Assembly: GCA_963834845.1 (NCBI GenBank)
Contig: CAWICY010000004.1
Span: 2,649,530-2,713,529 of the forward strand
Reading direction: 5' to 3'
From: an uncultured Pseudomonadota bacterium
GTDB taxonomy: Bacteria; Pseudomonadota; Gammaproteobacteria; Burkholderiales; SG8-39
Length of the DNA stretch: 64,000 bases
Position numbers and translations under genes: made by a program. This document shows, piece by piece, positions 42,382-52,289 of the stretch (the first letter of the stretch is position 1; each line of letters begins with the position of its first letter). A model generated the notes under the pieces. That model did no database searches. It saw only the letters and a program-made list of their open reading frames with translations, and was not told the origin of the DNA.

Positions 42382-43106
42382 GAGACAAGGCCCCCAAGCC
42401 GCTCGGCGTGCTGCCGCTCGGCGACGCCGCGGCGTACGTCGAATTCTCCGAGACGCTCGACCTCGCGATCAACGATGCGGTGCAGCGCCTCGCGGCCGCA
42501 GTGCGCGAGCGCGCCGTGCCGTGGATGCAGGACGTGGTCCCCGCCCTCGGCGGCCTCGCGCTGCACTTCGACGTCGATCACCCCGCGCTGCCCGATGCGC
42601 CGTTACAGGCGGCCGCCGAGCTGGTCGACGAATGCCTGAAGGCGGGCTTGCCCGCATCCGAGAAGGTAGGCCGCACGGTGGACGTGCCGGTGTGCTACGA
42701 CACCGAGCTCGCTCTCGACCTGGAGGAGATCGCCGAGCGCGTGAAGCTCGCGCCCGAGGAAGTGGCGCGCCGCCACGCCGCGCGCGAGTACCGCGTGCTG
42801 ATGATGGGGTTTTCTCCCGGGCTGCCATACCTCGGCGGCCTCGACCCGAGCATCGCGGTGCCGCGCCGCGCCACGCCGCGCGCCACGGTGCCGGCGGGGT
42901 CGATCGCCATCGCCAACCTGCAGGCGGTGGTCTACCCCTACGCCATACCGGGCGGCTGGAACGTGATCGGGCGCACGCCGCTCACGGTGTTCGACGCGCG
43001 GCGCGCGGCGCCGAGCCTGTTCGCGCCGGGCGACCGCGTGCGCTTCAGGCCGGTGACGCGCACCGAATTCGAGCGGCTGCGCGAAGCGCGGCGCGGCGCG
43101 CCATGA
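42378..43106 (+). CDS. pxpB: 5-oxoprolinase subunit B family (PxpB / KipI / allophanate hydrolase subunit 1)
   Basis: The TTG start overlaps the nthA stop (TTGA). ...[11 protein letters not shown]...; [19 protein letters not shown]....[21 protein letters not shown]...PGGWN.IGRTP. Confidence 0.85.
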   Translation: MRDKAPKPLGVLPLGDAAAYVEFSETLDLAINDAVQRLAAAVRERAVPWMQDVVPALGGLALHFDVDHPALPDAPLQAAAELVDECLKAGLPASEKVGRTVDVPVCYDTELALDLEEIAERVKLAPEEVARRHAAREYRVLMMGFSPGLPYLGGLDPSIAVPRRATPRATVPAGSIAIANLQAVVYPYAIPGGWNVIGRTPLTVFDARRAAPSLFAPGDRVRFRPVTRTEFERLREARRGAP

Positions 43107-44113
43107 GCGTCAAGGTCCTGCGGCCGGGCCTGCTTACCACCGTGCAGGACCGCGGGCGCTACGGGCTGCAGCACCTGGGCATCGTTCCCTGCGGTGCGAT
43201 GGACGTCACGGCGCACACGCTTGCCAATGCGCTGGTCGGCAACGAGCGCGACGAGGCGACGCTCGAGATTACTGTGCTCGGCCCCGAGCTCGAGTTCGAG
43301 CGTACCGCGCTGGTCGCGCTGTGCGGCGCCGAGTTCGACGCGCGCGCGGACGGCCGCGCGCTGCCGCCCAACCGTCCGGTGCTGCTCGAGGCGGGCGCAC
43401 GCCTCACGGCGCGGCGCGCGCTGCGCGGCGCGCGCGCCTACCTGGCGGTCGCCGGGGGCCTGGCACTCGAGGAGGTACTCGGCAGCCGCAGCACCTACCT
43501 TCCGGCGCGCTTCGGCGGGCTCGACGGCCGCGCGCTGCGCGCAGGGGACGTCGTGCCGCTGGCGCGCGACGCTTCCAGGGTCGCGGCGGCGCGCTACGCG
43601 AAGCTCGCGCGCGGCGCCGTCGTGCGCGACGGGCTGCGCACGGTGCGCTGGTCGGCGCCGTCGCTTACGCTGCCCGACCGCGAACCGATCGTCGTGCACG
43701 CCATGGAGGGCCGTCATTTCGCCAGGTTCCAGGCCACCTCGCAGCGCGTGCTGTTCGACGCCGTGTGGCGCGTCTCGCCGGATTCCAACCGCATGGGCTA
43801 CCGGCTCGCGGGGCCGACGCTCACGCTGATCGAGGCCGGTGAGATACTATCGGAGCCAACCTGCCTCGGCACGGTGCAGGTGCCCCCGAACGGCGTGCCG
43901 ATCGCGCTGCTGGCCGACCACCAGACGACCGGCGGCTATCCGAAGGTCGCCGAGATCGCCGTGGCGGACGTGCCGCGGCTGGCGCAGCTCGCGCCGGGCG
44001 GAACGTTGCATTTCGCGCGCTCGACGCTCGAGGACGCGCTGGGTTTGCGGCGTGCCGCGCGCCATCGCCTGCAGGCGGCGTTGCGCGCGGTGGCCTGGGA
44101 GTACGGGAAATGA
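43103..44113 (+). CDS. pxpC: 5-oxoprolinase subunit C family (PxpC / KipA / allophanate hydrolase subunit 2)
   Basis: [34 protein letters not shown]..., ...SNRMGYRL.GP.L......ILSEPTCLGTVQVPPNG.PI.LLADHQTTGGYPK. Confidence 0.88.
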   Translation: MSVKVLRPGLLTTVQDRGRYGLQHLGIVPCGAMDVTAHTLANALVGNERDEATLEITVLGPELEFERTALVALCGAEFDARADGRALPPNRPVLLEAGARLTARRALRGARAYLAVAGGLALEEVLGSRSTYLPARFGGLDGRALRAGDVVPLARDASRVAAARYAKLARGAVVRDGLRTVRWSAPSLTLPDREPIVVHAMEGRHFARFQATSQRVLFDAVWRVSPDSNRMGYRLAGPTLTLIEAGEILSEPTCLGTVQVPPNGVPIALLADHQTTGGYPKVAEIAVADVPRLAQLAPGGTLHFARSTLEDALGLRRAARHRLQAALRAVAWEYGK

Positions 44114-44865
44114 AACGCATCGATCTCAACTGCGACATGGGCGAAAGCTACGGCGCTTGGAAGATGGGCGCCGACGCCGACATCATGCCGCTCATCACTT
44201 CGGCCAACATCGCCTGCGGCTTTCACGCGGGCGACCCGGCGACCATCAGGAAGACTGTGCAGCTGGCCGTCGAGCACGGCGTCGCGGTCGGCGCGCACCC
44301 TTCGCTGCCCGACCTGCAGGGATTCGGCCGACGGGTCATGAAGATCACGCCGCAGGACATGTACGATCTGGTGCTGTACCAGGCCGGCGCGCTGCAGGCC
44401 TTCGCGCGCGCCGCGGGCGGCAGACTGCACCACGTCAAGTGCCACGGCGCGCTGTACAACATGTCGACCGACGACGAGGCGCTGTCCGATGCGATGGCGC
44501 GCGCCGTGCAGGACCTTGGCGGCGAGGTCATCCTGTACGCGCTGTCGAACAGCCGCATGATGGAGGCGGCTAAGGCGCGCGGCGTCCGGGTCGCCGGCGA
44601 AGCCTTCGCCGACCGCGGCTACTCGGACGATGGCACGCTCGCGCCGCGCGGCAAGCCCGGCGGCATGATCGAGCAAGAGGACAAGGCGGTGGCGCAGGCG
44701 CTCGCGATGATCGAGCAGGGCTACGTCACCAGCCTGTCGGGCAAGCGCGTGCCGGTGGCACCGGACACGCTGTGCCTGCACGGCGACCAGCCCGGAGCGG
44801 TCGCCTTCGCCAATGCATTGCGCAAGGCATTTGCCGATCGCGGCATCGCGCTCGGAGCACCCTGA
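44110..44865 (+). CDS. pxpA: 5-oxoprolinase subunit A (LamB/YcsF family)
   Basis: MKRIDLNCDMGESYGAWKMG.D..IMPLITSANIACGFHAGDP..I...V.LA..HGVAVGAHPS.PDL.GFGRR. Confidence 0.92.
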   Translation: MKRIDLNCDMGESYGAWKMGADADIMPLITSANIACGFHAGDPATIRKTVQLAVEHGVAVGAHPSLPDLQGFGRRVMKITPQDMYDLVLYQAGALQAFARAAGGRLHHVKCHGALYNMSTDDEALSDAMARAVQDLGGEVILYALSNSRMMEAAKARGVRVAGEAFADRGYSDDGTLAPRGKPGGMIEQEDKAVAQALAMIEQGYVTSLSGKRVPVAPDTLCLHGDQPGAVAFANALRKAFADRGIALGAP

Positions 44866-44882
44866 GAAAGGAACCGGAATCG

Positions 44883-46007
44883 ATGAGCAGCAAGCTATTC
44901 ACTACCATCCAGCTCGGCGGCGTCACGCTGCCCAACCGCATCGTGGTGTCGCCGATGTGCCAGTACTCCGCCGACGACGGCTCGATGACCGACTGGCACA
45001 TGATGCACCTCGGCAGCCTCGCGGCCTCGGGCGCGGGCCTGCTGATGATCGAGGCCACGGGCGTGACGCGTGAGGGCCGCATCTCGCACGGCTGCACCGG
45101 GCTTTACAGCGACAACAACGAGGCGGCGATGAAGCACGTGGTCGACGCCTGCCGGCGCGTCACCAGGAGCCCGATCGGCGTGCAGGTTGGCCACGCCGGC
45201 CGCAAGGGCTCGGCGCAGGTGCCGTGGCTGGGAGGCAAGGCGCTGTCGGCCGCCGAGTCGCCCTGGCAGACGGTCGCGCCTTCCGCGCTCGCGTTCGGCG
45301 AGGGCTGGCACACGCCGCGCGAGCTCTCCGCCGCCGACATCGCCGGCCTGGCGCAGGCTTTCGCCGCGGCCGCGCAGCGCGCGCAGCGCATCGGCCTGGA
45401 CGTGCTCGAGATGCACTCGGCGCACGGCTACCTGCTGCACGAGTTCCTGTCGCCGCTTTCGAACACCCGCAGCGATCGGTACGGCGGCAGCCTCGAGAAC
45501 CGCATGCGCGCGCCGCTCGAGATGGCGCAGGCGCTGCGCGCGGCCTGGCCGAAGGAGCGCTGCCTCGGCGCGCGCATCACGGCGAGCGACTGGACCGAGG
45601 GGGGTTTCGAAGCGGCCGACGCGGTGACCTACGCCAGGGAGCTGGCGCGCATCGGCTTCGACTACGTGTGCGTATCGAGCGGCGGGGCGGTGCCGCAGCA
45701 GCGCATCAAGGTGGTGCCCGGCTATCAGGTGGCGTTCGCCGAGAAGGTGAAGAAGGGCGCGCCCATCGCGGTGCGCGCGGTCGGCATGATCGCCGACCCA
45801 GAGCAGGCCGAGGAGATCGTCGCGAGCGGCAAGGCCGACATGGTGGCGCTGGCGCGCGGCTTCCTGGACGACCCTCGCTGGGTATGGCACGCCGCGGAGA
45901 AGTTCGGCGTCAAGATCGACTACCCCCCGCAATACGCGAGGAGCCATCCGGACCTGTGGCCGGGCGCGCGCCTGGCGCGCCCGCTGCCCGCCGCCGCAAC
46001 TGCATGA
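44883..46007 (+). CDS. NADH:flavin oxidoreductase (Old Yellow Enzyme family)
   Basis: LFTTIQLGGVTLPNRIVVSPMCQYS, ...HAGRK..., LEMHSAHGYLLHEFLSPLSN.R.D.YGGSLENR.R. Confidence 0.92.
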   Translation: MSSKLFTTIQLGGVTLPNRIVVSPMCQYSADDGSMTDWHMMHLGSLAASGAGLLMIEATGVTREGRISHGCTGLYSDNNEAAMKHVVDACRRVTRSPIGVQVGHAGRKGSAQVPWLGGKALSAAESPWQTVAPSALAFGEGWHTPRELSAADIAGLAQAFAAAAQRAQRIGLDVLEMHSAHGYLLHEFLSPLSNTRSDRYGGSLENRMRAPLEMAQALRAAWPKERCLGARITASDWTEGGFEAADAVTYARELARIGFDYVCVSSGGAVPQQRIKVVPGYQVAFAEKVKKGAPIAVRAVGMIADPEQAEEIVASGKADMVALARGFLDDPRWVWHAAEKFGVKIDYPPQYARSHPDLWPGARLARPLPAAATA

Positions 46008-46909
46008 AGCCGGCTGTCGCGCTCGTCGGCCTCGGCCGCATGGGCGCGCCGATGGCACGCCGCCTGCTCGCGGCGCGCCACCGGCTGCGCGTCTACGACG
46101 CGAGCCCGCGCGCACGCGCGGCCTTCGCCGCGGAGAAAGGCGCCACCGTGTGCGCGTCGCCGGCCGACGCCGCACGCGGCGCCCGTGTGCTGATCACCAT
46201 GCTGCCCGACGGTGCCGCGGTGCGCGCGGCGCTGCTCGGCAGGGACGGCGCGGCGCCGGCGCTGGCGCGCGGCGCGGTGGTGGTCGACATGAGCTCGTCG
46301 GACCCGGACACCACGCGGCGCCTGGGCCGCGCGCTCGCGGCGCGCGGCGTGGCGTTTCTCGACGCGCCGGTCTCGGGGCGCGTGGTCGGCGCGCGCGAGG
46401 GCACGCTCACCATCATGGTCGGAGGCGCGCCCGCGGCGCTCGCGCGCGTGCGGCCGGTGCTCAGGCACCTCGGCACGCGCATCTTTCACTGCGGCCCCGC
46501 GGGCGCCGGGCACGCGGTCAAGTCTCTCAGCAATGCGATCGCCGCGGCCGGCACGGTCGCCGCGTTCGAGGCGCTCATCGTCGGGCGCGCGCTCGGGCTC
46601 GACGCGAGGCTGATCAACGAGGTGTGGAATGCCTCGGCAGGACGCAACACCACCACCGAGCAGAAGATTCCGACACAGGTGCTGACGCGCGCCTTCGCAT
46701 CGGGCTTCGCGCTGTCGCTGATGGCGAAGGATATCGGCATCGCGGCGCGGCTCGCGCGCAGGACCGGCGTCGACGCGCCGCTGCTGCGCAGGAGCCTCGC
46801 GCTGTGGCGTGCGGCCGAGCGGCGTCTCGGGCGCGGCGCCGATCACACCGAGATGTATCTCTACCTCGCGAACAATTCAGCGAAGCGCAAGCGTCGGCGC
46901 GTAAGCTGA
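46004..46909 (+). CDS. NAD(P)-dependent 3-hydroxyisobutyrate/6-phosphogluconate dehydrogenase-like oxidoreductase
   Basis: VALVGLGRMGAPMARRL (Rossmann GxGxxG), ...FLDAPVSG......G.LTIMVGG..., ...G.G...K..NN. ATGA overlap with the OYE gene. Confidence 0.85.
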   Translation: MKPAVALVGLGRMGAPMARRLLAARHRLRVYDASPRARAAFAAEKGATVCASPADAARGARVLITMLPDGAAVRAALLGRDGAAPALARGAVVVDMSSSDPDTTRRLGRALAARGVAFLDAPVSGRVVGAREGTLTIMVGGAPAALARVRPVLRHLGTRIFHCGPAGAGHAVKSLSNAIAAAGTVAAFEALIVGRALGLDARLINEVWNASAGRNTTTEQKIPTQVLTRAFASGFALSLMAKDIGIAARLARRTGVDAPLLRRSLALWRAAERRLGRGADHTEMYLYLANNSAKRKRRRVS

Positions 46910-46929
46910 GCGACAGCTTTCTTTTTTTT
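46904..46929 (+). terminator. Weak stem (AGCTG-agcga-CAGCT) followed by TTTCTTTTTTTTG; probable intrinsic terminator of the NHase-pxp operon
   Basis: Read directly. The T-tract is the longest in the window. The stem is only 5 bp and includes the stop codon. Confidence 0.5.
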
Positions 46930-46968
46930 GTTTCACGGCGCGCGCGAACTGTCGTACGCTCTGCGGGC

Positions 46969-47154
46969 ATGAGTCTCCACGCCTCGAGCATCCTCGCGTC
47001 GGTCATCGCGTATCTCGCTGTGGCGCACGTGGTGAGGCGCGCGTGCGACGAGATGGAGATTCCCAAGGGCATGACGCGCGGCGCGCTGATCTTCGCGCTG
47101 GCGCTTGCCGCGGCCTACGGCGCTGCGGCCCTGGTCGACGTCATCGTCGCCTGA
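46969..47154 (+). CDS. Small hypothetical membrane protein (61 aa)
   Basis: Two hydrophobic stretches (ILASVIAYLAVAHVV, ALIFALALAAAYGAAALVDVIVA). No recognised family and no clear RBS. Confidence 0.3.
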   Translation: MSLHASSILASVIAYLAVAHVVRRACDEMEIPKGMTRGALIFALALAAAYGAAALVDVIVA

Positions 47155-47586
47155 CTAGGAGCCGCTCACTACCTGCAGGTTGTTCTGCACCGATTTCACG
47201 CCCGGCACCGCGCGCGCGATCGTCACGGCCCGGGCGCGCCGCTCGGCCCGCGCGACCGTTCCCCAAAGCGTCACCACGCCGCCCTTGGCGGTGACGTCGA
47301 TGCCCTGCGCGTTGACGCGCTTGTCGGCCTCGAGCGCCGCCTTGACCGCCGCGGCGAGCGCCTGGTCCACGTCGGGCTTGGGCGCTTCGGCCTGCGCGGG
47401 CGCCGGCGTGGCGGCGGGCGCCGGCATCGCCTCGGTCTTCGGGGGTGCGGGCTGCGCCTGCGGCGCGGGCGACTTCTCGGCGGCGGGCTTGGGCGGCGCC
47501 TTGTCCTCGCCGCAGGCGGCCAGGGCGAGCGCGAGGGCGCTGCAGATTGCGGCCGCGACGAGCCGCCGTGTAGTTCTGGGGTGCAT
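47155..47586 (-). CDS. BON-domain lipoprotein (OsmY-like)
   Basis: AAAGGAG RBS before MHPRTTRRLVAAAICSALALALAAC (lipobox LAAC). Pro/Ala linker. C-terminal BON domain (IDVTAKGGVVTLWGTV....R..AV.IAR.VPGVKSVQNNLQV). Confidence 0.85.
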   Translation of the reverse strand: MHPRTTRRLVAAAICSALALALAACGEDKAPPKPAAEKSPAPQAQPAPPKTEAMPAPAATPAPAQAEAPKPDVDQALAAAVKAALEADKRVNAQGIDVTAKGGVVTLWGTVARAERRARAVTIARAVPGVKSVQNNLQVVSGS

Positions 47587-47617
47587 AGCGTGCTCCTTTC
47601 TCTTTTGCATTGTAGCG

Positions 47618-48238
47618 TCAGCGCCGATGAAAAGGAGGCCGCCCGCGCCAGTACTGGATGAGCAGCCAGGCGCCGACCATGCCCCCGAGGTGCGCGAAGT
47701 GCGCGACGCCGGCCTGCGTCCCGGTCACCCCCAGGAACAGCTCCAGCGCGCCGTACAGCACCACGAACAGCCAGGCCGGCATGGGGATCGGCGGAATGAG
47801 GAGCACGATGGTGCGGTGGGGGAAGTACATGGCGAAGGCGAGCAGCACGCCGAACACCCCGCCCGAAGCGCCGATCGTGGGATACGGCTCGCCGCCGGCC
47901 ATGCCGGCGTAGAGCAGCTGCGAGATCGCGGCGGTGATGACGCTGGCCAGATAGAGGTTGAGGAAGCGCTTCGGCCCGAACAGCGTCTCGAGCTGGCCGC
48001 CGAACATGTAGAGCGCGAACATGTTGAGAAAGATGTGCGCCACGCTGCCGTGCAGGAACGCATAGGTGATCACCTGCCAGGGCTGGAAACCGGGCAGCGT
48101 CTCGTATACCGACGCCGTGCCGAACGGCCACAGCCCGAGGTAATAGATCAGCGCGTCGCCGACCGTCGCCTGCAGCAGGTACATCGCCACGCTGGCGATG
48201 ATCAGCGTGCGCGTGACCGGCGGAATCGAGAAGAACAC
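47618..48238 (-). CDS. Rhomboid family intramembrane serine protease
   Basis: ...HGS..HI..NM..L..FG..LE, catalytic GASGGVFG, and HLGG near the C-terminus. Six TM segments. Confidence 0.88.
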   Translation of the reverse strand: MFFSIPPVTRTLIIASVAMYLLQATVGDALIYYLGLWPFGTASVYETLPGFQPWQVITYAFLHGSVAHIFLNMFALYMFGGQLETLFGPKRFLNLYLASVITAAISQLLYAGMAGGEPYPTIGASGGVFGVLLAFAMYFPHRTIVLLIPPIPMPAWLFVVLYGALELFLGVTGTQAGVAHFAHLGGMVGAWLLIQYWRGRPPFHRR

Positions 48239-48351
48239 GGGGAAATGGTGGCGTCCGAGGCGAAACGAGCGCTTAGTTTAGTGGATACGGAGCGGCCCGG
48301 CATCTGCGCTATGCTTGGCGCTCGTTCCCATTCCGATCTGCAAGCGCCGAG

Positions 48352-49392
48352 ATGAAGCCGAAGATCGTCCTGCTCGTCGCGGTGGTCGCGCTGCTCGCGG
48401 CGGGCGGCGCATGGTGGTGGCGCCAGCAGCGCGCGCAGCCGCCGAGCGACGCGCTGGTGCTCCACGGCAACGTCGATATCCGCCAGGTCGAGCTCGCCTT
48501 CAACGCCTCGGGGCGCATCGAGCAGATGCTGGCCCACGAGGGCGATCGCGTGACGCCGGGACAGCTGCTCGCGGTGCTCGACATGCGCCGGCTCGAGCGC
48601 GCCGAGCAGCTGGCCGAGGCGCAGGTCGCCGCGCAGCGCCAGGTGGTGGCGCGCTTCCGGGCGGGATCGCGGCCCGAGGAGATCAGCAAGGCGAAGGCAG
48701 ACGTCGAGGCCGCGCGCGTCGACGCGAGGAACGCCGCGCACACCTATGAGCGCCTCAAGGCGCTTGCCGCGCAGCGCTTCATCGCCGAGCAGCAGGCCGA
48801 TGATGCGCGCGCCGCGGCCGAGGCCGCCAGCGCCCGGCTCAAGTCGGTGGAGGAGGCGCTGCGCCTGGTGGTGCTCGGCCCGCGCCAGGAGGACACGGCG
48901 GCCGCCGAGGCGACGCTGGCGGCCAACGAGGCGGCGCTCGCCATCGCGCGGCGCGACCTCGCCGAGGCGTCGCTCTACGCGCCGGCCGCGGGCGTGATCG
49001 AGAACCGCGTGCTCGAGCCTGGCGACATGGCCTCGCCGCAGAAGACGGTATTCACGCTGGCGCTCGGCGAGCCGCTGTGGGTGCGCGCCTACGTGCCCGG
49101 CCCCGATCTCGGCAAGATCCGCGTCGGCAGCCGCGCGGCGGTGCGCACCGACAGCTATCCCGGCAAGCGCTATCGCGCATGGGTCGGCTTCATATCGCCG
49201 ACCGCGGAGTTCACGCCGAAATCGGTCGAGACGCAGGAGGTGCGCACCCAGCTCGTCTACCAGGTGAGGGTGTTCGTGTGCGCGCCGCAGGGCGAACTGA
49301 GGCTCGGCATGCCCGCGACCGTCGACATCCCGCTCGGCGAGCCGGCGCCTGCCGCCGGCCGCGGCCCGGATCCCTGCAAAAACGGCGCATGA
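48352..49392 (+). CDS. HlyD-family membrane-fusion protein (YbhG-like)
   Basis: N-terminal anchor IVLLVAVVALLAAGGAWWW, long coiled-coil region, ...YAPAAGVI..R..EPG......Q.VF.L......WVRAYV.E..L, ...FTPK.V.T.E.R..LVY.V. Confidence 0.88.
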   Translation: MKPKIVLLVAVVALLAAGGAWWWRQQRAQPPSDALVLHGNVDIRQVELAFNASGRIEQMLAHEGDRVTPGQLLAVLDMRRLERAEQLAEAQVAAQRQVVARFRAGSRPEEISKAKADVEAARVDARNAAHTYERLKALAAQRFIAEQQADDARAAAEAASARLKSVEEALRLVVLGPRQEDTAAAEATLAANEAALAIARRDLAEASLYAPAAGVIENRVLEPGDMASPQKTVFTLALGEPLWVRAYVPGPDLGKIRVGSRAAVRTDSYPGKRYRAWVGFISPTAEFTPKSVETQEVRTQLVYQVRVFVCAPQGELRLGMPATVDIPLGEPAPAAGRGPDPCKNGA

Positions 49393-51118
49393 GCGCGCCG
49401 GAGGTCGTCCTCGAGCTCGAGGGAGTGGCCAAGCGCTTTCGCGCCGGCAAGCGCGAAGTGGCTGCGCTGCGCGGCGTGAGCCTGCGCATGCGCGCGGGGC
49501 TGGTGATGGGGCTGGTCGGGCCCGACGGCGCCGGCAAGACGACGCTCATGCGCCTGGTCGCGGGGCTGCTGGCGCCCGATGCCGGGCGCATCACGGTGCT
49601 CGGACTCGACGCCACCAGCCGGTCGCTCGACGTGCAGGCGGCGCTCGGCTACATGCCGCAGCGCTTCGGACTGTACGAGGACCTGAGCGTGCAGGAAAAC
49701 CTCGACCTGTACGCGGACCTGCAGGGCGTGCCGAGGGCGGCGCGCGCCGCGCGCTACGCCGAGCTGATGCAGATGACGGGCCTCGGCCCGTTCAGCGGCC
49801 GCCTCGCCGGGCGCCTCTCTGGCGGCATGAAGCAGAAGCTCGGCCTCGCCTGCACGCTGGTGCGCGCGCCGCCGCTGCTGCTGCTGGACGAGCCCACAGT
49901 CGGCGTCGACCCGGTGTCGCGCCGCGAGCTGTGGGCGATCGTCTACCGGCTGGTGAAGGGCGAGGGCACGAGCGTGCTGCTGTCGCACGGCGTACCTGGA
50001 CGAGGCCGAGCGCTGCGACGAGGTGGTGCTGCTGCACGAGGGAGAGGTGCTGGTGCAGGGACCGCCCGCGGAGCTCGCCGAGCGCGTGCGCGGGCACAGC
50101 TTCACGCTGCGCGCGCGCGGCGCCGACCGACGGCGGTTGCAGGAAGCGCTCGCACGCCGGCCGGGGGTGATCGACGCGCTGATCCAAGGCGAGGAGGTGC
50201 GCTTCGTCACCGAGAGCGCGGCGCCGCCGGGCGACATTGCCGGGCTGCGCGCCGAGCCCGTAGCGCCGCGCTTCGAGGACGCTTTCGTGTCCTTGCTGCA
50301 CGAGCGGCGCGGGGCCCAGGGCCGCGCGGCGCCCGCGGCCGCCGCCGAAGACGCGGATCCGCCGGCGGACGAAGTGGTGATCGACGTGCGCGGCGCGCAG
50401 CGCAAGTTCGGCGATTTCTACGCCGTCCGCGACGTGAGCTTCGAGGTGCGCCGCGGCGAGATCTTCGGCCTGCTGGGCGCCAACGGCGCGGGCAAGTCGA
50501 CCACCTTCCGCATGCTGTGCGGGCTGCTGCCGGCGAGCGCGGGGCACGCTGCGCGTGGCCGGCGTCGACCTGCGCCGCGCGGCCGCGGCGGCGCGCGCGC
50601 GCATCGGCTACATGTCGCAGAAGTTCTCCCTGTACGGCAACCTGAGCGTGCGCCAGAACCTCGAGTTCTTCGCCGGCGCCTACGGACTCGACGGGCACGC
50701 GGCGTGCCGAGCGCGAAGCCTGGGCGCTCGACGAATTCGAGCTCGGACGAGGAGCGCCGACGCCGCGAGCGCCGAGCTGCCGCTCGGCTACAAGCAGCGC
50801 CTGGCGATGGCCTGCGCCCTGATGCACGAGCCGGAGATCCTGTTCCTCGACGAGCCCACCTCCGGGGTCGATCCGCTGGCGCGGCGCGAGTTCTGGCGGC
50901 GCATCAACGCGCTCGCGCGGCGCGGCGTGACGGTGATGGTGACCACGCATTTCATGGAGGAAGCCGAGTACTGCGACCGGCTGGCGATCATGGCTGCGGG
51001 CGAGATCCTCGCGACCGGCGCGCCCGACGAGATCAAGGCGCGCGCCCGGGCGCCGGGCGCGCCCGAGCCGACCATGGAAGACGCCTTCATCCAACTGATC
51101 CAGGGCGCGGCCGCATGA
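49389..51118 (+). pseudogene. Tandem-ATPase ABC protein (YbhF-like, two NBDs) carrying about 4 frameshifts
   Basis: NBD1 is in frame 0 (GLVGPDGAGKTT, LSGGMKQKL, LLLLDEPTVGVD) up to SVLLS. TAYLDEAERCDEVVLLHEG continues in frame 1 (extra c ~49986). NBD2 (GLLGANGAGKSTT) shifts again at GGGG 50541-50544, at GGG 50693-50695 and at ~50748. It ends LPLGYKQRLAMA...LFLDEPTSGVDP...*. Confidence 0.8.
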
Positions 51119-52280
51119 GCGCGCGCGGCGGCGCCGCCGCAGGGATCGCCGTGCGCGGCGGCGCGACGATGCGGCTGCGCGGGCTGGTGCGCAAGGAGTT
51201 CCTGCAGATCGTGCGCGATCCGAGCAGCATCGCGATCGCCTTCATCATGCCGGTCGTGCTGCTGCTGCTGTTCGGCTACGGCGTGTCGCTCGACGTCGAG
51301 CACGTGCCGGTGGCGGTGGTGGTCGAGCAGCCCGAGCGCCGACACCGCGGACTTCGTCGGCTCGCTGCGGGGCTCGCGCTATTTTGCGCCCCTCGAGGTG
51401 CCGGGCATGCAGGCGGCCGAGGAGGCGCTGCTGCGCAGGCCGGGTCGACGCGATCGTCCGCCTGCGCGCCGACTTCGCCGCGCGCGAGCGGCGGCCGCAG
51501 GGCGCGCCGGTGCAGCTGATCGTCAACGGCATCGACGCCAACACCGCGCGGCTGGTCGAGGGCTACATGGACGGCGTCACCACCGTGTGGCTGGCGCGGC
51601 GCGCCGCCGAGCGCGGCCGGCGCTTCGAGACGCCGGTGGCGCTCGAGCAGCGCGTGTGGTTCAACTCCGAGGTGCGCAGCCGCAACTTCCTGGTGCCCGG
51701 CCTGGTCGTGGTGATCATGACCCTGATCGGCGCGCTGCTCACCGCGATGGTGATGGCGCGCGAGTGGGAGCGCGGCACCATGGAGGCGCTGCATGGTCAC
51801 GCCGGTCGCGGTCGGCGAGATCCTGCTCGGCAAGCTGATTCCCTACTTCATTCTCGGCATGGGCGGAATGCTGCTGTCGGTGGCGATGGCCATCTGGCTG
51901 TTCGACGTGCCGCTCGCGCGGCTCGTTCTGGCTGCTGCTGCTCACCTCGGCGCTGTTCCTGCTGGTCGCGCTGGGCATGGGTCTGCTGATCTCGAGCGTC
52001 GCCCGGGTGCCAGTTCGTCGCCGGGCAGGTCGCCATCATCACCACCTTCCTGCCGGCGTTCCTGCTCTCCGGCTTCATCTTCGACATCGGCAGCATGCCT
52101 GCGGTGGTGCAGGTGATCACGCACCTGTTCGCGGCGCGCTATTTCGTCGCCATCGTCACCACCCTGTTCCTCGCCGGCGACGTCTGGTCGGTGATCGTGC
52201 CGAACACGCTGGCGCTGGCGCTCATGGCGGCGATATTTCTCGGCCTGACGCGGCTCAAGACCCGCAAGCGGCTGGAGTGA
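51115..52280 (+). pseudogene. ABC-2 type permease (YbhS-like) carrying about 5 frameshifts
   Basis: The protein can only be assembled from four frames: MSARGG...VAVVVEQ | SADTADFVGSLRGSRYFAPLEV | VDAIVRLRADF...REWERGTMEAL | MVTPVAVGEILLGK...FDVPL | SFWLLLLTSALFLLVALGMGLLISS | QFVAGQVAIITTFLPAFLLSGFIFDIGSMPAVVQVITHLFAARYF...*. Shifts fall near 51331-51333, 51437, 51792, 51913-51922 and 52004-52010. Confidence 0.75.
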
Positions 52281-52289
52281 TCCGGACAG

